A stretch of DNA of 64,000 nt from Klebsormidium nitens (GCA_000708835.1 DF237267.1:1-64000), one strand, 5' to 3'; counted from the stretch's first letter, positions 32,901 to 46,458 are shown. Notes: generated from the sequence alone by a model not told the origin. Made by a program: numbers and translations.

Positions 32901-35900
32901 TTGAATGAGCAGTGAGGCATCTGTTAATACAGTGGCCGAGTAGGCGTCATGTAGTGGTCTGTTCTGAGGCGTCAAGTCACTCCTTTCGAATGGCTCAGGT
33001 TCCTGCCAGCTGTCGCCATTGAGATTTAGAACTTGGTCAACACTGGTTCTCCACCTTATTGTGATAATTGGTGACAGAGCAACCGCGTCCTGCCATCGGT
33101 TTTGAAGCTCGCAAGGGGTCGTTGAATCTGATGCGCTGACAAACATTGCCGTGCCAGTCAACGCTCGACAAGCCAGACATGCCCCCCCCTCAAAATGCTT
33201 ACCTCTTTCCCAGGGTCGTGGAACCTCCTCGGTTCTCACCACAAGGAGGCCACCATCGTGAGCCTGCTCAAGTCAGCGGGCGGTATCATCATGGCCAAGA
33301 TGGGCCTCAGCGAGTGGGCTTTCTACAGGGGGTCCGGAATCTCTGGCTGGAGGGCGCGGGGGGCAGGTTTACGTAAGTGGGCGCTTGACTGTCCCTGAAT
33401 GACGTGCGGCTTCAGCTCTTCGATATTTCATTGAGCGTTTGAACGAGCTCCTTCCCAGGATAAGGAAACCTTATGCTGCTCTTGTTGTTTGCAATGGATA
33501 TCCAAAAGAACGACGGCCGCTACCGAAGGGCTGCACACTTTCGAAGCGATGAAGGCGGTTGACAGCCACGGTTTCTGTGTCGACAGGAGCTGATGGAATA
33601 TTAGAAGACGGATCTTAACGCTGAAGTAACTGAAAATGGTTTTGTTTTCATCGTGCCCTTCCGCTTACGTCAGCACATTAACCCTTGTTGGTTAACTGCC
33701 ACGATCCGGACGACGTTCTCGCCAACCAGACGGACACTTACTCTGAAATGTTCACACTCACAGAAGCTTTGGGCCCATCCAATCTTACCCGTTGCATGCC
33801 TATGCAGTGCCCGTACGTCCGCTACATGCCCGCCAACGTCAGCACCTCCGTCAGCAACATCCCGTACCTGCCGGGCATCCCGACGGCGGTTCCCGTCAAC
33901 GAGACGTTTATTAACATCAACAGCCCCAACATCGTGTCCGGCAGTTCCGGCGGATCGGCGGTGGGAACGGCCACCAACGTGGTGAGAATAATTTCCCCGG
34001 AAAGGGCAGCTGACTTCAAGCTGATAATTCTGGGAGTGACTGTGATTAACCGTCTCTTTCCTCATGCGCAGACTAAGACTGGATTGGATTTGAAAGGAGG
34101 GCTTCCTTGGTCGCCTACGATGACGGGCAGTCAATAAATACGTTCCGATTGTGCTCTCCTTCGGCATTTGCTTTCAAGCAATTACTAGAACGCCCCTAGA
34201 TGATAGCAACGCGACAGCATCTAGATGTATGTTTCTTGCACACGCACAAGTGGGCACCTTTCGGGTCTTGCAGTACGCCTTCTCAGAACATTTCTTTCTC
34301 CATGTTTGAAAAATCTTCATGTCGATCTCGTATCCTCCAAAGGTCTTGCAAATTATACCGCTGACTGCTTTTGCGTTTTGCTCGACAGATCGCCGTCACC
34401 GTCGGCAGCGAGACGGTCGGCTCCGTCCTTGACCCCGCGCTCACTAATGCCGTGGTCGGATTCCGCCCCACCGGCGGAGTGATGAGCCGGAACGGAATCG
34501 TGCCCCTTTCAAGCACGCAGGACACGGCAGGGTGAGCGACGTGGCCAGCCTAAACGATCTAGTATCTGAATGTATACTTTTGAGGGTTGATGCTTCGGAC
34601 AGCGAAGGAAGCTCAAAACTTAAGAATTGACTTCTCATTTGAAAGTCTTCTTCTTCGTGTGTGTTGATTTGAGAAGACTAGAGGAGGCGCAAAAGAAAAC
34701 AATAATCCAGAGGCTCGCTCGATCGTCAAGGCTTACTTTGTCAGACCTCTTCTCAGTCTACTTTTAGGCGTCATGCTTCGCATGATCGGGCTCTCGATTC
34801 TGCGGTCTTTCCTGGTTCCCGCTCTCAGCATTTATTCCGCACTGGCAAGTCGACCACTTCTTCGCCCTCGAACGTACATCGGGAAACCTATGCCAAGTTG
34901 TTCAGAAGGGAATTGTGCTCTGCATATTATGCGTTACCAAAGCCCGGTTGGGCTCCCACCAGAATGAAGAACGAAATCTTCTCAGTCGCAAAGCGAAAAT
35001 GTTCAGCCCAATCAATCCCTTCTTGGACAGGCCCCTCTGCCGCACCGTGGCAGACTGCCTGTACATGTTCGACGCGATGGCGTTCGACGACCTGGCGGAT
35101 CCGGTCCATTCCGGCGCCGTTCCGTGGCTTCCGCCCTACACCCGACCGGAAGGCGGATACCTGCCGTACCTCAAGAGCGACGGCCTTGCAGGTGCGCTGA
35201 GAATGAGACATTCTGCTGTGAACCTGTCGGCGGCATGAGACCCTATCCTTACTTTTTTCCATGCAGAGCTCTAACTTTTTCCTGGTCGCCCTGAGTCGCT
35301 GAGAAGGTCGGAAGAGCTCCCGTAGCCCTGCAGCAATTCGCACTGCTTGCATCACATCCGAAATGTTTTCCGGGAGATTCTCGACGGCGTGCGAGCGCGT
35401 AGAGGAAGAACGCAACCTTCATATGAGCGTTTAAGAGGCTTTGAAAAACCTCAGAAGACCATATTTCCTGAAGATAACTCAATCCCCTGATCTTGCTAAG
35501 GAGATGACAGACGAGGCCATTAAAACTTCTGATTTCCTTTTCTGCAGGCAAGAAGATTGCGGTCTTCCGGCCGCCTTTCGCCAACGGCAGTGACGTGTAC
35601 CCCCCGGGCCTTCGCTTCGACGGAACGGCAGCCGAGATGTACGCAGCACTGCCGGACATGCTTAGGTGAGCAGGAAAACCCACAGCCTCAGATTTTGAGA
35701 ACTCTGAACTTAGACGAAGGCAATTCGGCCTTCGAATTCATTCGCCCCTATTGTATCTCTGTATTTTTATCTTGGAGCCCAAAGTCTCCATCTTCTATCA
35801 AAAGCACAGGTCGATCGGGCTCCGCTCACTAGTAACTTTAACGAATGGCCTTCAACCTTTACTATATAGCTTATACTTAGCGCTGTGTAAAGAACCCACA

Positions 35901-38005
35901 TCAAAAATTATACTGGAAACGTTTGCGTTCCTGCTAAAGAAACTGGTGCCATGCATAGGACGGTCAAATTCTTTAACTGCTGATAAAAGTTGGATCAATT
36001 CGCCCATTTGCAGGTCCCGCGGCGCGACCGTCGACGTGCTCGACCCCAGCTTCAACTTCCTCAGCCTGAGGGGATCAGTGCTCGCGCAGGATTTCAAGGT
36101 CGACATAAACACCTACCTCTCGCGTAAGCCTTTTGACTTTGAAAACAGAAAGAAAAGTTCAATTCATACTTGGCTTGCAACAACCTCTTCTTGTTTAGAA
36201 TCAATCTTTCATTAGTAGGGAACAAGCGGTCTGTCGTACTCTCTTCCCTCTATCAACCGAAGAGGACGTCATTTTCAGGTGCTGACGTGGGCTCTCTTGC
36301 ATTCGTGCAGAGCTAACCTGGGATTCAGACACCACACCGCTATTCTCTCTCGGTGACCTCATCGCCTATAACAAGAAGTACTACGACCTGGAGTTCCAGG
36401 GCGGCACGTGCTGCCGCGGCGATCCGGCATATGCCCTCTTCTACCAGCAGAGCTGGGAGTCGGCGCAGGCGACCGGGGATAAAAGGGACGCGGCTTACAT
36501 CAGCGCCAAGATGGTGAGAACCTGGGTAGCATCTCCATAAATGTCGAGCCCTGCAAGACTACCTTCGGGCGTATTGGTCAACATTGAAAGGTAATCAGTG
36601 TGTATTCGATCGAATTTATGAAGGGTAAGAGCCATGAAGGGTCACTGGGACGGGTGGGGTTAGTTAGGGGGTTAGGGTGGGTACGGGTGCGGAGCGTGTT
36701 CACCATTAGTTTAGGTTTTTAGTTTAGTGTTGCTGTTGCCCTTCATGGCGCTTACCCTTCATGGAATCGAGAAATATATATGTGTGCCTCCTGTTTGTCA
36801 CTGTTTAGGGGAACGAACCCCTGCTTTACTGCTCGTCCATTCTGACCATGTGTTGAAAAGTCTTTGGCAACAAGGTTCGGCTTCGCCTTAGTCGGTTCAA
36901 GTCTGCTTCACCGCTGCGTCGTGACCTGGAATTCTTCAACTATTCCACTGTCCGGTCGTCAAAAGCAACACGGGCCTGTAAAGATCTCCATTCGGAGAAG
37001 CTAAAGTTAGTTCTCATTTTGTTGAGCCGTCTCTCCTTTCGGCTCGAAACGGAACATCGACTGTAAAGCCTTGTGCATCGTTGTCGCTGCAGAACTTCAC
37101 ACTTATCGCCCAGAACATCACCGACTGGTTCACATCCAACGGCTACGATGCCATCGCGGCGGCCGGAAACCTCATCGGCGTCTTCGCACGGGTCAAGTAA
37201 GTGTCTCTTTTCGCCACATAGAATCTGCTTTCCGGTGCCGAATACTCCGCTTTCAACGGGCCTGTCACTAACCGGGCAGGGTTGCAAGGTGTTGGGATTT
37301 CCGCAAAATTCCCGGTGCCTCGTTCCGTTCAGGTTCCCTTCTCCGAAGCGGCTGTGGGGAAGGATGACTCTTGGACTCTCGCCCGTCTCTGCCTTTCCTT
37401 TTCCGCTTTCTTTCTCATTTCCGGTTCCGGTTTTGGTTCCGGCCGCGTCGGTTGATGGAACGAGTCGCTCTGTCTCCAGGAGTTCAGCCAATTCTTGCCC
37501 GTAAAGCGAACTGATATACAGAGCGCGGCTGAGCAAGTTCCAAACCAGCCCATGTTAGTTCACTGTGAAGCAAGTGACTAGTCCCTCTCGCTGCTCCATA
37601 AGAGCTCAAAGCACTGGGCTTAGCCCTGTTTGAAGTCAGCGCAGACTTTGTATTTTTAAAAACGACTGCTCCATCGCTGCTCCAGCACCCTTCCATCTTC
37701 TTGAAGAACTTCAACCGAAGTAGATTTGATGCCGCGACGTACGCTTTGACCCCGACTTTGGACCAGGGCTTTCGAGTTGACGCGTTCTTATTTACTCGGT
37801 CCCGGTTCCCCCCCTCAGCTTCCCGGGTATTTCCATTCCCTGCCCGCTGGGGACGAACGCCATGGGTGTCCCCATCGGCCTCCAGTTCCACTCGTACCTG
37901 TATAAGGAGGGCTACATCTTCTCCATCGCGTATGACGTGGAGCAAAACTTATGCGGCAACTCAGGCCGCCCGTTGCCTACGTTCTGTAACGGGCAGTCGT
38001 GCTAA
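29918..38005 (+). CDS. Secreted amidase-signature (AS) family enzyme with signal peptide, pro-peptide and Cys-rich N-terminal segment; two apparent frame breaks
   Basis: MSTCATLAVLLATPAFA signal; EITIDTIQSKFASGELTSRAL; LHGVPIGLKDN (Lys); SGSSGGSAVG (cis-Ser); GSETVGSV (nucleophile Ser); VVGFRPTGGVMSRNGIVPLSSTQDTAGPL; PIGLQF; TAA at 38003-38005. The frame is not continuous at 31403/31768 or at 33358-33363. Confidence 0.85.
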
Positions 38006-39267
38006 GCCTTGGAGAGTAGTAGTTTGATGTGCAGCGAGGCGAAAGAACAGCGACCAATGCAACGCCTTGGCGACTTCAACGGTCTGAGAGCTTAAGTTAT
38101 TGCTAAATCTGTTATGAAGTTACCAGTCAAAAGCCGGACGACTTGCACGACATATTTGGCACTCGAACCGGCCGAGGAATATGGTTCACCGAGTCCTGAA
38201 CCCACGTAGTCACTCTGACCGACTGGAATTCACTAGCAGCTAGGATCTGTCTGGCGTGCGTGCCATTTTGCATCCAAGATTCTGTCTCAGTGTGCCTGTC
38301 CTATCGGCGCATGTTGAATCGAAGTAACAACTGCTAAGAAAGGGTGTATTATGACGACTCCTCGCTTTGGAGATTTTGCATGCAACCCAATCGAATATAG
38401 ATATCATGCAATACTATAAGTGCTAGATTTAGCTGGCTAGCGGCCAAATCTGATTGTTCAACGCCTAATGATTCAAAGTATGCCCACACTTACGGTGTTA
38501 TTTGAACCACCAATGCATATTGGTACCACTGCCACAAGTGTGCATTTGCCGCAGCATGATGCACAGACAAGGCATTAGTATTTCAACTTCATTTCAAAGG
38601 GACGGGGCGATGGGTAATTACCTCTATATATAGAGTTGCACTGAGCGACAATTACAATCGTTTGCACATGTCTTCTGCAACGAACCAAATTGGACACGTG
38701 TAAGTTGCGCGGTGCAAACTTGCAGCTGGGGAGATGAGTGTGGCCAGACACTCTAGGAATAATTGAAAGGGACCCGGTCAAATGCGGACGGTACGTGCGC
38801 ACCGTCATTATGATCAGCTTGAAATTCCGCCCCAACTCACAATCCAGTCAAACTTTCTGGCAAGCGCATTTGTGCAGCCATCCGACGACTCATATGTCGG
38901 GGGTCGCGGGGTTGTCACACTGTTTTTTGGGCAGTGGCATGCTTCCAACCTGTCTGGTTCCCGTCCGGTTGCACCCGGCTCTGGCTTTTACGACCGCCGT
39001 GATCCGAACCGTTTTCGAGCAGTTTTGTGGTTGTAGTGACAAAACCGGCCAGTACACCCGTCAACGTATGTTACAGAATTAGTACACAGAACAGTGTAGT
39101 AGTTCTTTGTTTAGCAACTTGCTGTGAACACGTAATCGTACGATAAAATCACTCATGTTGCTGAATCTATTCAAAGGTTTGACTTGGGCCTCAATGTGAG
39201 GCAGGCCCACATTTGCATCAAACACTCAACGCTACGCCTAACTTCCTAGGATGCAAATGACCAACGC

Positions 39268-42200
39268 TCAAACCTTGGAAAAGACCATGGGGGGCTTCTC
39301 TGGTCCTACTTCGTGGTGGTTGTACCCCCTGAATAAGAACAGCTGTACAACGTCGCCCAATTTCCAAGCGGCGCCGGACGCTGTGAGGGCTACTGTTAGC
39401 AACCCGACCCGAGCATACAGCCAATCTGCAACAAACAAACGACGAGTGAGGACAGAAGATGTTACGACGGACAAGTCAACCCTGAATAGTCGCACCACAG
39501 GTGGTTGACTTTCGAATGGTCGACAAGCAAATACGTATACGAGCTGCTGTGGTGTTGACACAACAAAGATCATGCAGTGCGGTAAACTGCATTATGGATC
39601 AAGAACCCAGAAGACATCATTGAAGAAAGTCTGACCGGCAGTCCAACAGGTTACAGAATGACGGTGCATTCGAAGAGCACCTTGCGAAAAAAAGGGACAA
39701 AGATATCAAGAATCAGCCTCAAAGCTGAAACACGCCCCATCAACTCTCGCGGAGATGCCTCAAAGCTTCTACAAAACTAAAATTAGAGAACCTTGAAAAC
39801 TTGGAACACCTGAGAAGAAAAACTTGTTGAATAGATTGTTCCCCGCCTCGTCAGCCTAATCACATGCTCTCACCAGAAAGAAACAAAGAGGTCTTCCACG
39901 CATTCCGAGTCTCCAGACATCATGTCAAGCAGGGGGAAAGCATGACCGTTGAGGGTAAACCACATACCTGGTGAAGAGAGGACCGCAGCTGATGCGGTCA
40001 GAAGCACCGCCGCAACAACCAAGCCCACTCGCAACGCCTCTATCTGTCGAAGGGCTTCCTGGCACGTCTTGCAGTGCTTCGTGTGGCCTTCATACCGGTT
40101 GAGCACTTTCTGCAAGGATGTCACACGCGGGCAACTTAGGACTGCCGGCGGATCGACGCACGTGGACATGACGCGAAGGAATATAGGCGCTCGATGCTGA
40201 CAAATTGACGGCCGACGACCAATCGTGAACCCTCTCAGCGAGTTTCCTGGGCATTCCAAACTTGGACATAGCGAGAAAGGTTCTGAACTCCCCAGCCAAG
40301 CGTCAGAACGAATGCCACGTGGCACTCGATTTCCACTTTGAAAAGCAGACCGTTTGTGTGCTGGCATTTGGGTAGCCTGTGTTAGGTACCAATCGCCAAC
40401 TCTAGTCTGAGGCCATCGCTTTTCCCAAGAAAGTGTCTTCACGACAGTTAGTCACTTGTTAAGGCGAGGCCAATAAACCCCACAACATTCTCCTATCAAA
40501 GAGCATATTGAAGAGCTTATAGTCCCAGCTGGAACAGTGTCAGTGGTTCAATCGAACACACATTCAAGCCCAACCATCTCGTCATCGAAATACCTTGAAA
40601 TTTTTCACTCGAAACACAGATCCTAGCTCATTTCGGTTTTCTAAAATGTCAAGAGTCTGCCCACTCGGACTTTGGCCTAAGGCCACGGCTGACGAAGAAG
40701 CGAAAGCGGAGGGAAAAGAAAGACGCGTATCGAGGGAAGCGCAAGAGAACCGCGTTGCAGCTCCTTCCGAGCTGCATTTGATTCGAGATCTTCTGTGAAC
40801 AAGAGTCGATCCGCTTATGACTGAATCACTCAGACCAATTGACAGTAATACCCAACGACTTGCTCGAAAGATGTTGTAGACAGCGTCCTAAAGCTTCTAA
40901 CGTTGGCTGACGCACCTCTTTCGGGAGCACTGCTAGCGGGATCTTCGGATCGACCCCCGCCGCATATTGAACGCCCCCGTGCCCAAACTTTGAGAGCCAC
41001 TGCCGAAAACCGATGACGAAGCGGTCCGAAGCGGTCGGCATGAAGTAGACTTTGTTGAATTCTTTGGCACTCGCCCCGGTGTTCGCATACTGGACTTGCT
41101 GCAAATTGAAAATGCCAGTACGTTAATGCAAGAGAAGCACTTGGAAGCAGATGTTGCACGTTATTATAAGATTTCTAGTCGCACCAGACTTTACGTACTG
41201 GATCTGCTGCAAAGGAGAGGACGTGCTACTTTGAAAAGCGGGCATTTGTTGGGAGACCGTGACGGCCCGAGTCGCCCCGTTATTACTTCTGCTCTATCGG
41301 AAACGCCGAACGAGGAAACAGCTCTGGTAAAAGCGCGGCCTCACTTGATCGAGCAGCTTTCCTTGGTTGAAGGAGAAGCTCCCTTGTGTTGAGCGATGGC
41401 AACATTGAGCATCAGCCGTGATGATCGCCCCAGCGCAAAAACCAAACAGCAAGGATGCCGGAATAGTGGCTGAGGCGTGTTTTGTCCAGAAACATTATGA
41501 AACTGATAAGGAGAAGCATTATGAAACTGAAAGGGAGAAGCGCAATCATGCGTTCTGGCCAGACAGCCCGGCGCTTACCTGCCAGTGTAGGAAGGAAGCA
41601 TCGCCATCTAAGATGTCCTGAGACTGGAGATGTGCCAACCAGCGAGGGCGCAGGTACTTGAAGTACCACGGCAACTTGACCCCGAATGCGTCAATCTGCA
41701 ACAAAAGGAATATCATGTTTGGGCGACATCGACACAAAAAGCCTCCCGTTTTGCACTTACAACAAAGCCCCGAAAAATGTGGACGAATATGTGGAAGTCA
41801 GTGAAAAGCACGAGCGGTTGGGAGAGGTGAAGTTGGAAGACAGAACGGCTTCCTTCTCTTCGCTGAAAGCAAGCTTTTAGTGAAATCACTACTTTGTCCT
41901 CAAGACCCGGCTCTGAGGGGTTCGTCTCTGTCTTCTCATTTGGATCGAGGTTCGAGGGGTTACAACGGCAGTTTTTTCAAAGCACCCCTTGGAATACGCT
42001 CCATTCAAAGCGGCACCTTCCGAAACAGATACGCATCAGTAAAACCGTAATTTCAACCGGCGTCCAACCCGGTTTCATCCATATTAGGGAGAAGTCACAG
42101 CGAGGAGACGGTGGGCCTCGGCATTTATCTCCCACCCCTCGTCTTCAGAATCGAGTAGGGTCGTCTCACCAACACAAGCCGGCTTTTCCCGGGCACTGTG

Positions 42201-45200
42201 GGCGTCATGTAGAGGCAGGTGAAGCTCTCCCGACTTTTGCCGTCCTTTTCAAGGACCCGGTGGTAGTGGAAGCGGCCGGGCGCTTTAAATTCCACCTGCA
42301 CAGATAACCAGAAAACTTTAATAGTAATCACGAAGAGGAATCTTCTAGTTAACCAACACTAAAATCCTAAAGCACTAAATGACTCGCGAACCCACCCTAA
42401 CCACCATACTAATCCCACCGCCCTCGTCGGTTCCTTATTACTCTTAGACCTTGTTACTATTAAACTTTACTTCTATCCTGCACAGCACCAGACAGCCGTA
42501 CTCAAAACAAAAAGTCCTCCCACAACGATCTGCTAGGGTAGATCCTCCGCGTTTTTCAGTCGCACTTGGACGGAACCACCCAGGACCATGAATCAATAAG
42601 CTCCGAGTGATAAGCTCCAATTAACCCTAAAACTCCTGACCCAAAACGATACCTGCTACCCAGCCCAACCTAAGCCAGAATTAACCCTACCCTTCTTGTT
42701 ACCTCGGCTAATTTATTTTCAGTCTCAAGTTTGATCCCGGGACCAGAAGCTGGGACTGAGATCAGGTCGGAACTGCGGATCTCGTAGGAGCTTATATAGT
42801 TGACTTCTACTTTTTACCACATCCAGTTTAGCCGATTTCAAAGGCGTCAGCATCAGAAAGCACTCCTGTCAATCTCATGCTGACAGACATCCAATTTGAC
42901 TACCGAGCCTGCCCCTCAAAACCGGCAGGGTTGCTTTGGCAATCAGGGTGGGCACTCAAAAATGCGGAATGTCAACCGGGCTCAAACTTTGATCGCGCTT
43001 TTCCTTGGGCTATAATCTTTAAATTCTAGAATTAAGCAGCTCTTGATCAACGTAAGATAGAGAGAAGAAAAGTTCCTTTACCGTCGATTGCATGGAGTCG
43101 CTGAAGACGTAACCCCCACTAACACCAGTAAACCCGTCGGCGCCCTTGGACTGGAGCGTCAGCGGGAGGGGCTTGCCTTGCTTTCTTCGCAAGCCGCCCA
43201 CTCCGTGATGGGCGAACGGCAAATGAGACGGATCGGTGATGTTCTCTGCTAAGACGTCAAACCTGCAAAAGTAGCAAAGCGACCTCGTCGTTCCCATGAC
43301 ATCAGCCACCAGGGTTTAGAAAGTTGACCAGTGACTGACTAATAGCAGATGGGACTGCTCGGCAAAGTTTTTGAGATTGCTTCAGTCCCGCAGACGGAGG
43401 GTTGGTACGACAAAGAAGATGGGAAAGGAGCACAATCCGGTCCTTCGCACCCCACAACGGGTTTCAAAACAGTGCTGCGTAACCATTTGATAGTAACAGA
43501 AGAGATGCTCGTTCCCATTTGACCTTGGTCTCATATCATTTTTACCACTAACTTCCGACATGGAATCCCGCCGAGACAGTTACTGCCCAAGATAGTAGAG
43601 AATCGAAGTATTCATCGCACTTAGGTTGAGTTCGGCCGAAGCTTTTCCTACGGCTCCGATCTCTTGCAAGCCACCGCTGCTTTAACAATTCTGCATCACT
43701 AAAAATCTTTGAAGACGATTGACTGCCGCAGAGACGGAAACGGTCTGTATCAGTCGCAGTCCGGAAGACCAACGCTGACGCTCCTTAGTAGAAGCGGGTC
43801 ACAGAAACAAGAGCAGCTCCGCCGGCAGCCACGAAAACAAACGAGTGTAGAGAGAAAAGCGCACCCGTATTCCAGATCTCGTACTACAGAAGACCGCGTG
43901 ATTCCCTCTGCATACAGCTCGTCCAGAAGGGGTACCGGCGTCCTCTCAGCTTCCTCCGCTCCTTTCGCGTCCGGCCATACGAAGAGCAGGTCGTGTACCT
44001 CTCTGACGGAGAATGACGTCACCCGGGCGCGGTCGGAGGCGGCGGCACGAGACTCGGGGCCCTCTGTGGACGCCTGTATGAACCAACTGTCAATACAAGG
44101 GGAACCTAATGCGAGAAGCAGAAAGCACTTCAAGCCGACCCAAGTTGGCAGACGATTGTGAGAAGAAAACATGGGGAGTGCAGGACGGTTGGTGACAGAC
44201 TGGACGCGCCAGATAAAGCAGTAGTGGTTCTCAGATTACATAAGATAGCTTGGTCATGCACCCAGAGGGATACATTCGCTTTCTCCAACTACGAACTATT
44301 GTCGACACCACAAGGAGGATGGCTCTGTCGTCGGTGGCAAAAAGGTATCTTGAAGTCAAATATGATAAAACGAGACAATTGTCGGATCACAATGGGACAT
44401 GCGCAGAGAAGTGCGACTTGCCTGCGGTATACAAGTACAGCCGCCATCGCCCTTGAACGACCAGCCGTGATATGAGCACTGCAAGTGTCCGTTCTCATCG
44501 ATGCGGCCCTGCATCAAGGAACAGGTTGATTACTTTCATTCGAAACCAGCCTTTCTGCAATTGATGGTTCTTGTGATACTTTTCAAACGTTTCTTCTTTG
44601 CCGGGCAATCGAGTTGAGTTCACCAGTGACGGACTCAATTCTCTTTTGCAAGTCCTCTTTAGGCCCCTCAATCAGCCTACAAAAGTCCCCTTAAAGCCAT
44701 TTTCAGACCAAAAATACTTCAAACAATGGATCAGCTGCATGACAACAAGTTGGATGGGCAAAAGGATGCAAGGGATTCAAACAATGGATCAGCTGCATGA
44801 CAACAAGTTGGATGGGCAAAAGGATGCAAGGGATTCGATGGCACGTCTATTCAGGCTGGATTGGGGGGAAACGACCCTTACTAGAACCCAGAAGAGGAGG
44901 CGTCAGGTGGCACACGCAAGAGGAGCACATGGAGGAACAAACTTAGCTCCTTTCAACCTGACTTTGTGCGGAACGCCGGTGCCATTCAAAAGGTTTCTGG
45001 ATAGCAAGACACATAAGTGGATCCAGCAACTTTTTAAAAGGGAGTTCTAGAAGCTCAACTTCAGAGCAGGCGTTGAAAGCGTGGCTTACCTCAGAAAGGG
45101 GAGCCAGGCGATGCGGGCACTGGTCAAGGAAGCAGGTCCACTTGTCCTGAGTACGGTCGAACCAAAGAACCATAGGAATGCCAAGGACAGTCAGCGGCGT

Positions 45201-45809
45201 TGGCACATTCTTGTCAAGGTCTTCAGGGAGTGCGACACAGTACCTGGAACCAAAGAGTCGACAATTGCAAAAGTCCACATGGAGTGCGAAATTGGTTGGG
45301 TCAAGGACCAAACAAAATAGGACTCCCATTTCCCGCTTTGGTTCACGATACTGGTCCTGTGCTCAGAAGCTTCTCATGTGACACTTGCAGACATACCTTG
45401 ATATATATCACAGAGCACGACAGAACTCCTTTTGGAAGTGCTTCGATAGAAGGATAGGTACGCACCAGTTTGCATTCCACCTGAAGTCCGACTTCTCCGT
45501 TTCAGACTCCTCATCCTCCAGCTCTGGCATCTCATAAGCTGGGGGACTGGAGACGGTTGCGTGCGTTTGCACCACCGGTCTCAGCTGTCCCCTTCGAGAT
45601 GTGAGAAGGCCCCCAGTGGCCCTACTATAAGAGTTACTTGCTCCATTGGTAGGCAAGTGTTGAAAAGCTTTTAGAAGGCTTGGGAAGAGTGGATATCTTG
45701 CAACAACCAAGGGCTTGACAGGCCTTATTCCTACATGGCTCCTTCCATGGGGAATAAAGCAACCGCTTAAACCAGATGGGAGGCAAACTCTGATGGTGTC
45801 GGACAACAT
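39268..45809 (-). CDS. Pheophorbide a oxygenase (PAO/PTC52/TIC55 family)-like Rieske mononuclear-iron oxygenase, 10 exons, likely plastid-targeted
   Basis: Rieske [11 protein letters not shown] and CSYHGW, iron-site [52 protein letters not shown] and C-terminal hydrophobic helices. The long Ser/Arg-rich N-terminus resembles a transit peptide. Confidence 0.88.
44718..44836. repeat. Perfect 58-bp tandem duplication in PAO-like intron 2
   Basis: TTCAAACAATGGATCAGCTGCATGACAACAAGTTGGATGGGCAAAAGGATGCAAGGGA occurs at 44718 and again at 44776. Confidence 0.95.
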
Positions 45810-46458
45810 GATGGCCAAGTTGTGCCTGCAAAAAGGGAAGGATGCAACACGAGTTAGTGAATGAAAGATGTCAAGGGAAGTTCGGCAGCGGGATTGTGCA
45901 ACATGGCATACTTGATCGCTTCCAGCAGAACTCTGTACTTCTGATCATGCCAGGGGGCTGAGGGTGTGGGGTGCATGCAGCAGATTGGGACGCCCGCATT
46001 GCTCAAGCAATCCGCAGCAACGAAACGCAGAGGAATCCACAGCATCTGCAAGATGGTCTCAGCCCCCGTCACTACTGCGATGAGAAGGTGATAGGTTTCA
46101 ACCCAACCACGAGTTTTAGATTCCCTTCATGCCTAGCTGCAGAGGCGTGGACTGATGATGTCAAGCACTTGCAACTTGCAATTAAGCTGCTCTCAAACGT
46201 ACAACTTTTCCTCACCTCAAATTCAATTTGACGTGCCGCGTCTCGACGGGGCATTAATTGCTTCTGCAGAATTGTCCAGCTCCTCAATCAGGACCTTGCT
46301 GCAACCGTGCAAGGTGCAATCAGGCCAGGAGACCTTGCAAGAAACTTAGAATGTCGCGCTCTTCGTTAATCTGTCTTGGATAAGAAGCTGCTCAAAAGCG
46401 GCCTTCCTCTAGACGTCGTCAGAATCAGAGTGTATCATGCATGCAGGGGCAGGGGTCG

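Noticed and set aside
45850-46400. Broken minus-strand frames (VSWPDCTLHGCSKVLIEELDN; ETILQMLW...) as a possible LINE zf-RVT relic or gene
   Set aside because: The motif match is too weak, there is no RT or endonuclease sequence nearby, and no consistent splice model.
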